NCBI RefSeq assembly: GCF_001194135.2
Contig: NC_068988.1
Coordinates: 95,707,598 to 95,771,597 of the forward strand
Length of the DNA: 64,000 bases
Reading direction: 5' to 3'
Source: Octopus bimaculoides
Lineage: Eukaryota
Shown here: positions 1 to 10,083 of the stretch, one piece after another
How the letters are laid out: each line of letters opens with the position of its first letter
How positions within the stretch are numbered: the stretch's first letter is position 1
The notes under the pieces: generated by a model
The model's database searches: none
What the model was told of the DNA's origin: nothing
What the model saw: only the letters and a program-made list of their open reading frames with translations
Made by a program: the position numbers and the translations under genes

Positions 1-53
1 TGAGTTTGCCTAGACATGAACGCATCCCCAGTCACAGACATCATGTCAATAGT
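1..53 (+). CDS. PNISR: PNISR coding exon, 5'-truncated by window edge (..SLPRHERIPSHRHHVNS)
   Basis: Only one frame is open and it ends at phase 0 before GTAAGT (54-59); the next exon (5058) starts at phase 0. No direct homology recognised, so the assignment rests on phase and position. Confidence 0.6.
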
Positions 54-240
54 GTAAGTACATTTTCCATTTAGGTTCTGATGATTGTCTGAAGGATTTC
101 CAGACTGAGGTTATTTATGTTTTTCCATTCTATGTGTTTCTATGCTGCTGCCAACGTTTTCCCCTTTGTTCCAATCCTTTTGTATGAGAATAGTAAGACT
201 ATGAAAGATCTTTTATGGGGTTTTGAAATATGAATACAAG

Positions 241-386
241 GTGCAGGCATGGTGGTGTGGTAAGAAGTTAGCTTCCCAGCCACACAGTTTTGGGTTCACT
301 CCCACTGCATAACACCTTGGGTAAGTGTATTCTATTATAGCTTCATACCAGCCAAGTGGATTTGGTAGAAGGAAACTGAAAGAAGC

Positions 387-388
<2 letters not shown>
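241..388 (+). mobile_element. tRNA-derived SINE family A (octopus OK/OR-type), 5' head
   Basis: gtgtggtaagaag...gggttcactcccactgc..accttggg...ggatttggtagaaggaaactgaaagaagcc followed by (CT)n(AT)n; same head as the 35946-36262 copy. Confidence 0.7.
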
Positions 389-429
<41 letters not shown>

Positions 430-596
430 AACCAAATAGTGAGGGATTATCAATCCAGGCAAAATACTTAATAAGCTCTCTGTTGGCACATCAGGCTAAC
501 AATATTACTTAGATAATGAAGAACTCCAGGTAATCTTGTGGTAGGGACCCTAAAGGAGTATCTAATGACCATTATTTTTAACTTGTTTCTTATATA

Positions 597-2229
597 CAGG
601 CTGAACCAAAAGTAGGCGGACAGTAGGTTGAATAGGGTTTGTGTTAGGGTTATAGTCTAACTTGCGTTGATAACATTTTCAGTGTTTTTGTATTGTATTA
701 TTGTATGCAATAAAATTTAATTGTATATGTAATAATTGTTTATCAAAATTTAATTGTCATCATCATCATCATCATCATCGTTTAACGTCCGCTTTCCATG
801 CTAGCACGGGTTGGACGATTTGACTGAGGACTGGTGAAACCGGATGGCAACACCAGGCTCCAGTCTGATTTGGCAGAGTTTCTACAGCTGGATGCCCTTC
901 CTAACGCCAACCACTCAGAGAGTGTAGTGGGTGCTTTTACGTGTCACCCGCACGAAAACGGCCACGCNNNNNNNNNNNNNNNNNNNNNNNNNNNNNNNNN
1001 NNNNNNNNNNNNNNNNNNNNNNNNNNNNNNNNNNNNNNNNNNNNNNNNNNNNNNNNNNNNNNNNNNNNNNNNNNNNNNNNNNNNNNNNNNNNNNNNNNNN
1101 NNNNNNNNNNNNNNNNNNNNNNNNNNNNNNNNNNNNNNNNNNNNNNNNNNNNNNNNNNNNNNNNNNNNNNNNNNNNNNNNNNNNNNNNNNNNNNNNNNNN
1201 NNNNNNNNNNNNNNNNNNNNNNNNNNNNNNNNNNNNNNNNNNNNNNNNNNNNNNNNNNNNNNNNNNNNNNNNNNNNNNNNNNNNNNNNNNNNNNNNNNNN
1301 NNNNNNNNNNNNNNNNNNNNNNNNNNNNNNNNNNNNNNNNNNNNNNNNNNNNNNNNNNNNNNNNNNNNNNNNNNNNNNNNNNNNNNNNNNNNNNNNNNNN
1401 NNNNNNNNNNNNNNNNNNNNNNNNNNNNNNNNNNNNNNNNNNNNNNNNNNNNNNNNNNNNNNNNNNNNNNNNNNNNNNNNNNNNNNNNNNNNNNNNNNNN
1501 NNNNNNNNNNNNNNNNNNNNNNNNNNNNNNNNNNNNNNNNNNNNNNNNNNNNNNNNNNNNNNNNNNNNNNNNNNNNNNNNNNNNNNNNNNNNNNNNNNNN
1601 NNNNNNNNNNNNNNNNNNNNNNNNNNNNNNNNNNNNNNNNNNNNNNNNNNNNNNNNNNNNNNNNNNNNNNNNNNNNNNNNNNNNNNNNNNNNNNNNNNNN
1701 NNNNNNNNNNNNNNNNNNNNNNNNNNNNNNNNNNNNNNNNNNNNNNNNNNNNNNNNNNNNNNNNNTCTCTCTTGCACGCCACAACTGATGCTTCTAATGT
1801 TCAGCTTTTCTCTCAAGATACTTACACTCTGACGGGTATTCACATTGACATTACACATCCAACGGAGCATACTGGCTTCATTCCTTGCGAGCTTACGTAT
1901 GTCCTCAGCAGTTACAGCCCATGTTTCACTGCCATGTAGCATGGTTGTTCGTACGCATGCGTCATACAGTCTGCCTTTTACTCTGAGTGAGAGTCCCTTT
2001 GTCGCCAGCAGGGGTAAGAGCTCTCTAAACTTTGCCCAGGCTATTCTTATTCTAGCAGCTACACTTTCAGCGCACCCATCCCCACTACTAACTTGGTCGC
2101 CCAGATAGCGGAAGCTATCGACTACCTCTAGTTTTTCGTAATAATTGTTTATCAAAATTTAGTTGTATTAGTATGTGATCTCATAATAAATGTTATCATT
2201 TACTGTTCAACTGCTTTTGGTTCACCCTG
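597..2229. mobile_element. Tc1/mariner-type MITE (about 224 bp) interrupted by the RTE insertion
   Basis: TA|CAGGCTGAACCAAAAGTAG..ACAGTA and TACTG..CTGCTTTTGGTTCACCCTG|TA are inverted termini with TA flanks. Confidence 0.75.
758..2137 (-). mobile_element. 5'-truncated RTE-clade LINE with (GAT)n tail, spanning an assembly gap
   Basis: ORF2 C-terminus EVVDSFRYLGD...LYDACVRTTMLHGSETW...MLRWMC; (CAT)n tail on +; 29-bp target duplication at 729-757 and 2138-2166 with 1 mismatch. Confidence 0.92.
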
Positions 2230-2304
2230 TAAATATATATAACATCATCAACATTTAACACCTGTTTTGATGACTATGATATATATATGACAGGCTTTTT
2301 TGTT

Positions 2305-2755
2305 GTATGTGTCTGCGTTTGCCCCCCACCCCTTTCACTGCTTGACAACCAGTGCTGGTGTGTTTATGTCTCCATAACTTAGTGGTTCAGCAAAAAAAGA
2401 CCAATAGACTAAGTACCGGGCTTCTTAACCCTTTTGTTACTGTATTTATTTTCAGATGCTCTGTGTTTTTTTCTATTATTTTAAATATAACAAAGAATTT
2501 AGTAAAATAACTTTGTTATCACTAAGCTAGAGTTAGGAACATAAATTGCGACTAAAGTTTGGTGGAAGATTTTTATTCAAAACTTATGAAAACAAGACAT
2601 TTGTACTACAGAGCAGAGCTGGTTTCAGCTGGGTTGGTAACGAAAGGGTTAAAAAAATTAAGTTCTAAGGTTGATTTGTTTGACTAAAATTCTTCAAGGT
2701 AGTGCCCCAGCATGGCTGTAGTGAAATGACTGAGACAAGTAAAAGATAAAAGATT
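2305..2755 (+). mobile_element. SINE family A 3' half, split by a piggyBac-type MITE
   Basis: cttgacaacc..gctggtgtgttta...ccccagcatggc...tgactgagacaagtaaaagataaaag tail. Confidence 0.75.
2429..2648. mobile_element. piggyBac-type MITE, 220 bp
   Basis: TTAA|CCCTTTTGTTAC ... GTAACGAAAGGG|TTAA: 12-bp TIR with 1 mismatch and TTAA duplication. Confidence 0.85.
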
Positions 2756-2959
2756 CAATCCTTACTATTTTAGTGCTTTTATTCATGTAGCTGTTGGCTG
2801 TTCCTTCAATATTGCACCCTATACATAATCATGTCTATATACATTTATTGCTATTTTGATTGTTGCTGCCTTGCAGTCTTGATAAGCTTTATTAGCATTA
2901 TATAACAAACTGCCCTGAACTCCATTCACATAAATCAGCATATATAAGATACAAAATAT

Positions 2960-3355
2960 CTTGGCTGACGCCAGTCCTGCACGACTGGCTCCTTTGCTGC
3001 TAGCATGTAAAAAGCTCCATTTGAGCGTAGCCAATGCGAGCGAGTGCTGGTGGCACATGAAAAGCACCATTCGGATGTGGTCGATGCCTGTGCCACTTGA
3101 CGGACTCCCTTGCTGGTGGCACGTAAAAAGCACCATTTGAGCATGGTCAGTGCCAGTGCTGCCTGGCTGCCGGTGGTACACAAAAAGCACCCACTACACT
3201 CTCGGAGTGGTTGGTGCTAGGAAGGGCATCCAGCTGTAGAAACTCTGCCAGATCAAATTGGAGCCTGGTGCAGCCTACTGGCTTGCCAGTCCTCAGTCAA
3301 ACCGTCCAGCCCATGCCAGCATGAGAAGCAGACGTTAAACGATGATGATGATGAT
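2960..3355 (+). mobile_element. RTE 3' UTR fragment with internal tandem subrepeats and (GAT)n tail
   Basis: Repeated gctggtggcacgtaaaaagcaccat units, then the shared gagtggttgg..aggaagggcatccagctgtag..gacgttaaacgatgatgat end. Confidence 0.85.
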
Positions 3356-4159
3356 TTTTTTTTTTTTTGTTTATTGTCCATTATGTTTATGTATTTCCAA
3401 TAATGGAGGAGAAATGAACATCTTGTTGCCACATTTATCCAATAGATGCTCTTGAAAAACAAGCATGACTTGGTTGAAATATGTTTATATAATATTAACA
3501 ATTAGAGATACTCTGTTAAAATATATTTGAATGAAATGAATTGAAATTTATAGACTTAGATAAAACTCTGCTGTAAAATTAAATAGCAACATAAAAATAT
3601 GTATACAATTCTAAATAAAATGTGTTCAATCCTATCTAATTATTCACATTGTAGCTATTAATAATAATGTGTCTCATGTACTTTTTTTTTATTTTGTACT
3701 AAACAATAATGCTTTCAGGCTTTTGGTGACCTAAAACCATATGACATTAAGTTGCCTGGTTGTTTTTATTCCATTGTATTTTGGGTTTGTTTCATTTTCC
3801 ATCTTGGGATGTTAGTGTCATTTAAGTTTTATATTTTGAATAGCATCGGCAAGTACATCGCTTTCAATGAATGTTTTCAATAATTTCAGAAGTTTTGCAA
3901 GTTGATAAAAATAGTAGTAGAGTACCTGGTTAAATACTTAGAAGTATTTTGTTTCATCTGGGTGTTCCCAGTTCAAATCCTGTCAGAGCTGATTTTCCTT
4001 TTCTCTCCTCTGCTACATATAAAATAGATTCTGATCAAAGACATAGTTGTATGTCTAAGAAGTATAACTTCAGCACCACTTTGTTCTCTGTTTGATCCTA
4101 TTGAATGGGTCTTTGGGAAAGGGTAGCATCTCCCATAGCCTCAGATTGACCAATAGCTT

Positions 4160-4449
4160 CATCATCGTTTAACGTCCGCTTTCCATGCTGGCATGGGTTG
4201 GACGGTTCGACTGGGGGCTGGGAAGCCAAGAGGCTGCGCCAGGCTCCAATCTGATCTGGCAGTGTTTCTACAGCTGGATGCCCTTCCTAACACCAACCAC
4301 TCCGAGAGTGTAATGGGTGCTTTTTTACGTGCCACCAGCACAGGGGCCAGAGGAAGCTGGCAATGACCACGATCAGTTGGTGCTTTTTATGTCTCACCGG
4401 TACGGAAGCCAGTCAAGGCAGCGCTGGCATCGGCCACGTTCGGATGGTG
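4160..4449 (-). mobile_element. RTE 3' UTR fragment
   Basis: catcatcgtttaacgtccgctttccatgctggcatggg...ggatgcccttcctaacaccaacc. Confidence 0.85.
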
Positions 4450-5057
4450 AGTGCAATTTCATAGATGGAAACTGTGCTGAAGCTTGTCATGTGCACATAT
4501 GTATATGAGTGTAGTTGTCTGTGTTTATATGTTTGGTGCAACACCAGCAGTTAAAAAATTGGTGTTATGTCAAAAAAGTTAATCACTTAAATTTGTATCA
4601 GATTAAATGAAGTCCTGAGATTGATATAAATGACTGAAAAAGGAAGGTGGTATTCCAGCATGGCCACGGTTTTATGACTGAAACCAATAAAAGAATAAAG
4701 ACAGTGGTGTTGACTCAATCGCTTATACAATAAAAACTTTCTTCATCATATTGGTCATATTTGACCCTCTTCTTTGTACTGGCCAAGATGTTAATTTACT
4801 AAGACACTGTAAATTAAAAGTGATTGAAAATATCCAGTTCTTGATGAAGTGTCTTTGTTGCTTTGTTTTTCTTTCTTTTATATTACAAACTAAATTATTT
4901 GTGGAAAAAATCTGAAATGATTCACAATCCGTGAAAACACAGGCAATTGGAGACTGAAATAATTTTCTTTGTTTTTTTCTTTCTTCTTTTCTGTCTTTTT
5001 CTGTCTTTGATTTTTTTTTTTTTCTTAATTAAAACCAAATACTTTATTTTATCCCAG

Positions 5058-5181
5058 GGAGAAGACAATTGGAGACATGATCAAAATCAGAATCGAGGCT
5101 ACCGATCAAGTCGTGGTAATCGTAGCAGGTCACCCCCGAAACCACACATCCCCACTGCTCCAGTTGATGATTCAGGAATTG
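5058..5181 (+). CDS. PNISR: PNISR exon (GEDNWRHDQ...RSRSPPKPHIPTAPVDDSGI)
   Basis: ttttatcccAG acceptor, G|GTAAGT donor; 124 nt, phase 0->1; joins in frame to the DATKRK exon; RSRSP motif sits where vertebrate PNISR has RQRSP. Confidence 0.85.
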
Positions 5182-5283
5182 GTAAGTAGAGCAAGGCAGA
5201 CGCAGGAATGAAAGACAATACAGAGAGGGGAAGATACGGAAATTAACAGATCCTGCAGCTGGGTATAGGTTTAGAGAAATTTT

Positions 5284-5815
5284 ATGAAGGTCACACAGAG
5301 AGTCAAAACCCAATTGATATATGGCAGGATGGATCTAGATATAACACAGATACGTTTTGTGCCTGGAAGAGATACAATTTTGCTAGCAAGGCAACTACAG
5401 GAGAAATACTTGGTTAAGAGTAAACTATTATTACTGGCCTTTGTTGGCCTGAAGAAGGCCCTTGATAGGGTACCATGTACAATAATCTCACGGTCACTAA
5501 GGAAACTCAGCATTGACTAATGGCCATGTACAAAGACAGTGAAGAATTTAGCATAAGGGATGGAGACCATCAGGGTTTAATTGTTGGTTCCCTTCTATTC
5601 GTTGTCATAGACCTACCTGCCTTTGTAGAGGAGTTTAAGACTGGCTGTTCATGGGAACTCTATATGGTGATGCTCTAGTTTTTAAAGCTGAATTTGTTGG
5701 GGAATTCGAGAGAATATTCCTGGCTTGGAAGCTAAACCTAGAATTACAAAAGGTCTTAAGGTAGACTTAGCAAAGGAAACAGGACCCTGGTATCTTCAGG
5801 GAAATGGTTTGATGT
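5284..5815 (+). mobile_element. Degenerate RTE reverse-transcriptase fragment
   Basis: FVPGR..LARQLQEKYL..LAFVGLKKALDRVP..LRKLSID, then EEFKTGCSWEL; stops and frameshifts present. Confidence 0.8.
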
Positions 5816-6055
5816 ACAGAAAACAAAAGAGATTTTGTTGTTTGTATGAAGCTTTGATATTGTAATATACGTAAAGATGTGTAATGAGAGCAGATGTTTG
5901 ATAAAAAAGGATCCCCTTTATCTGCAGTAGAAATGTTTGAATGAATTAAGTTTATTTACATTCAGTATTGTGGTGCAAGGAAAATGCTTTTTGAATTATA
6001 AATGTGTTTCTGTTGAAGCCAAGGAAAATATTACAACAAGATCTGTTTGTTTCAG

Positions 6056-6282
6056 ATGCAACAAAACGTAAAAATTTACCTGCCTGGATTCGAGAGGGTT
6101 TAGAGAAAATGGAAAGAGAGAAGCAGAAAAAGTTAGAAAAAGAGAGAAAAGATAAGGAGCAAATTGAGGCATTGAAGGCGAAAGAAAATGCTGAGAAAGA
6201 AGCGACAGAGGAAGTATTAAAAGAGAGAGCTGAAGGGAAACTTGAGGGCAAAGATGGGTTCTCAGTCATCAAAAGTCGTTTT
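6056..6282 (+). CDS. PNISR: PNISR exon (DATKRKNLPAWIREGLEKMEREKQKKLEKER...KSRF)
   Basis: Near-identical to the remembered human PNISR motif DAVKRRTLPAWIREGLEKMEREKQKKLEKER; tttgtttcAG and GTAAGT sites; phase 1->0. Confidence 0.95.
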
Positions 6283-6387
6283 GTAAGTAATTTTTGTTGA
6301 ATTGGAATTTGGTTGCATATTCTGTGGAATGATTTGTTGGTGAGGAAGGCAGTATTGGGTGGAGATTTAGGTTGTTACTAACAATTA

Positions 6388-6648
6388 CACTCATGTAGTA
6401 AAGATTGTTTTGACAACTTGGCTGTCCTGGTTTAGGACGAATGTTGCTGTAATTTAGCCACAGGAAACATCGTCTCCATCTAGCTATACACGATCTGTGT
6501 CCTTATATTTTCGAACAAGGGAATCTAGCCCCACCCCCACTTAGCTCAAAACAATATCTGTGTATTGCGATTTCCGGGTTATTACAGCAACATTCGTCCT
6601 GAAGCAGGACTGCCATGTTATGTTGGAAAAATAGTCTTTACTCCAAAG
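6388..6648. mobile_element. MITE with about 75-bp TIRs, TA-flanked
   Basis: gtaaagattg..ggtttaggacgaatgttgctgtaat mirrored by attacagcaacattcgtcc..gtctttactccaaag|TA; second partial copy at 14472-14714. Confidence 0.65.
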
Positions 6649-7409
6649 TAATTTTCTAATTACACTCATCATTATTTTTAATATTTGCTTTTTCTATGCT
6701 GGCATGGGTTGAATGTGGCTTATTGCAACAGTCATTTTACAACTTGTCACCAATTCTTATATTGATCTTCACATGAAACTTACAAGCTACAAGGCCTAAT
6801 TCTTTTACATGGCATAAAAAAACATGCATCATATCTCTATGATGTCAATGGGAAAACAATGCAGAAACAAGCATTTGCACTTGCATGTGCACACACACAC
6901 TCTGCTTTGAAAGGAAGAAAAGAAAGTTGACTTCAATAGGGTTTGAATTTAGATTGCAGAAGAATTGGTACCAATACTGTTAGGCATCCTGTTGGGTGTT
7001 CCACAGATTCATTTACCTTATGATGACTGAAGATCAAAGCTGTTCCAAGTATTTTAAGGTATAGTGTACCTCGGACTGTCTTATCCAGTGTGTCTTCCCT
7101 TCGGATGGGAGGGAAATTTGGTTGTTGGTTGAGTAATTATGTAGAGGCTCCCTAATTTGTCAAATGCTTGTTGTGTAGGGGCAGAAAGAGGGCCTGTTGT
7201 ATCTATTTATGCATAAGTAATAATCTAATTAATTATATAAGGAATTACACAATTGAATCTATAGGTTGGACTCGTGTCAGCATCTCGGTAGATATTAGCA
7301 ATTTTCAGTGGTTGTGGAGTAGAGAGAGAGAGTCCTACCTTTTTCTGATGCACACACACACACACCAGTTTATTCTTCTATTTACAAATGTATTGTCAAT
7401 GTTTTAAAG

Positions 7410-7538
7410 GAGTCAGATGAAGAGGAAACGAGAGGCAGTGATAGTAAAAGTCTGCCAGAGGAACCAGTTGCGAAAACTGAAAAACGTTCACCTTCACCTG
7501 ATGCTTACAAGACTGAAGAAGAAAAAGAAGCCGAATTG
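7410..7538 (+). CDS. PNISR: PNISR exon (ESDEEE...RSPSPDAYKTEEEKEAEL)
   Basis: Matches human DSDEEE...RSPSP...TEEEKEYQM; AG at 7408-09, GTAAAT at 7539; 129 nt, phase 0->0. Confidence 0.92.
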
Positions 7539-7829
7539 GTAAATACTTCAATGTTGTTGTTGTTGTTGTTGTTATGCTTGACTGTTAGTAGAAGTTGATG
7601 GTGCTACTTAATGTTGGAAATAGATTCAAGGGGAACGTTGATCGAATCATAAATTTCAGGGGAGTTGACTTGTTACTCTACTTACCAAAAAGCCTGTTTA
7701 ATGATTGGACATCTTCAACAGAAAATGAGTCAAGTCCAACAGGAAACGGTGTTTCCTAGGGCTAAATAACAGTAGCATTCTTCCCTTTTATGGGACTGTC
7801 ACATTAAGTTGACAACATACTATCACTTT

Positions 7830-8306
7830 ATCGTGCTGCTACTGCCTCACAGAAGGAATGACTAGTGACCGAGATCTTTGGCGATATGCTGTGCTTGAGA
7901 AGATCCATTAAGCCAAGTGAAAGTGTAGTCATAACTGGCGCTCGTGCCAGTGGCACGTAAAGAGCACCTTTTGAGCGTTGGGCCTCAAGGAGGCCGAGTG
8001 GCTGAATTCCTTTTGGGTGTTGGGCCTCACAGAGGCAATGACTGAGTCCTTTGGCATTGTGTCGTGCTTGAGAAAACCCATCAAGCTGAGCAAAATCGCA
8101 GTCATGGCAGATGCTGATGTCACACAAATGGCACATAAGAGCACTCATTACACACTCAGAGTGGTTGGCATTAGGAAGGGCATCCAGCTGTAGAAAGCCA
8201 TGCCAAATCAGACTTGAGTCTGGTACAGCCTTCCAGCTTACCAGTCTTGGACAAACCATCCAACCCATGCCAACATGGACAGTGGGTATTAAATGATGAT
8301 GATGAT
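7830..8306 (+). mobile_element. RTE 3' UTR fragment with (GAT)n tail
   Basis: Same family end motif and internal ggcctca(a/c)ggagg subrepeats. Confidence 0.85.
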
Positions 8307-8393
8307 ATATATAAATAATAATCCTACATTATATCGGCACAGCTCGGTGTGACCCCAAAATATTTGTATCTCCAATTGGCATCATTAGACTGT

Positions 8394-9821
8394 CATCATC
8401 ATCATCATCGTTTAACGTCCGCTTTCCATGCTAGCATGGGTTGGACGATTTGACTGAGGACTGGTGAAACCGGATGGCAACACCAGGCTCCAGTCTGATT
8501 TGGCAGAGTTTCTACAGCTGGATGCCCTTCCTAACGCCAACCACTCAGAGAGTGTAGTGGGTGCTTTTACGTGTCACCCGCACGAAAACGGCCACGCTCG
8601 AAATGGTGTCTTTTATGTGCCACCCGCACAAGCNNNNNNNNNNNNNNNNNNNNNNNNNNNNNNNNNNNNNNNNNNNNNNNNNNNNNNNNNNNNNNNNNNN
8701 NNNNNNNNNNNNNNNNNNNNNNNNNNNNNNNNNNNNNNNNNNNNNNNNNNNNNNNNNNNNNNNNNNNNNNNNNNNNNNNNNNNNNNNNNNNNNNNNNNNN
8801 NNNNNNNNNNNNNNNNNNNNNNNNNNNNNNNNNNNNNNNNNNNNNNNNNNNNNNNNNNNNNNNNNNNNNNNNNNNNNNNNNNNNNNNNNNNNNNNNNNNN
8901 NNNNNNNNNNNNNNNNNNNNNNNNNNNNNNNNNNNNNNNNNNNNNNNNNNNNNNNNNNNNNNNNNNNNNNNNNNNNNNNNNNNNNNNNNNNNNNNNNNNN
9001 NNNNNNNNNNNNNNNNNNNNNNNNNNNNNNNNNNNNNNNNNNNNNNNNNNNNNNNNNNNNNNNNNNNNNNNNNNNNNNNNNNNNNNNNNNNNNNNNNNNN
9101 NNNNNNNNNNNNNNNNNNNNNNNNNNNNNNNNNNNNNNNNNNNNNNNNNNNNNNNNNNNNNNNNNNNNNNNNNNNNNNNNNNNNNNNNNNNNNNNNNNNN
9201 NNNNNNNNNNNNNNNNNNNNNNNNNNNNNNNNNNNNNNNNNNNNNNNNNNNNNNNNNNNNNNNNNNNNNNNNNNNNNNNNNNNNNNNNNNNNNNNNNNNN
9301 NNNNNNNNNNNNNNNNNNNNNNNNNNNNNNNNNNNNNNNNNNNNNNNNNNNNNNNNNNNNNNNNNNNNNNNNNNNNNNNNNNNNNNNNNNNNNNNNNNNN
9401 NNNNNNNNNNNNNNNNNNNNNNNNNNNNNNNNNNNNNNNNNNNNNNNNNNNNNNNNNNNNNNNNNNNNNNNNNNNNNNNNNNNNNNNNNNNNNNNNNNNN
9501 NNNNNNNNNNNNNNNNNNNNNNNNNNNNNNNNNNNNNNNNNNNNNNNNNNNNNNNNNNNNNNTTATTAGGATTTTGGTTTTAGCTAGGTTGACTCTAAGG
9601 CCCTTCAATTCTAGACCTTGCTTCCACACCTGAAACTTCTCCTCTAGTTCTGATAGTGACTCCGCAATTAGGGCAAGGTCATCAGCATAGAGGAGCTCCC
9701 AGGGGCAACCTGTCTTGAACTCCTCTGTGATTGCCTGGAGGACTATGGTAAATAATAGGGGGCTGAGGACGGAACCTTGGTGGACCCCTACCTCTACCCG
9801 GAATTCATTGCTGTACTCATT
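8394..9821 (-). mobile_element. 5'-truncated RTE LINE (RT core to tail) spanning a gap
   Basis: Minus strand reads NEFRVEVGVHQGSVLSPLLF..GCPWELLYADDLALIAES..GLRVNLAKTK (YADD motif); the tail differs from the 758 copy at 1 of about 187 nt. Confidence 0.92.
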
Positions 9822-9971
9822 TATGCATATTCAAAACATTTCCTGTAAACAAACTTAAAGGGGACACACACAGGGAAATATTTCTCCAAGTTTACTGTAG
9901 GGTGTTGAAGTAGGTCCCTTTACAGCTTTCTTGGGACATGTATTACTGTCATAATGTATTTTTCCTTATAG

Positions 9972-10083
9972 CAAATAAAAGTGCGAAGATATTTGACTGA
10001 GATCCTCTTAGATGTGACAAACACAGAAATCGAAGTTGTTGCCAAGGAAGTTTATTTCAAAGCCAGAAACCGAGCTGCCAAAG
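9972..10083 (+). CDS. PNISR: PNISR exon (QIKVRRYLTEILLDVTNTEIEVVAKEVYFKARNRAAK)
   Basis: Matches the conserved LLTEILLDVTDEEIYYVAK motif; tttccttatAG and G|GTAATT; phase 0->1. Confidence 0.95.

Noticed and set aside
2960-3250. Spaced direct repeats resembling a CRISPR array
   Set aside because: They are imperfect subrepeats of the RTE 3' UTR in a eukaryotic intron, with non-unique spacers and no cas genes
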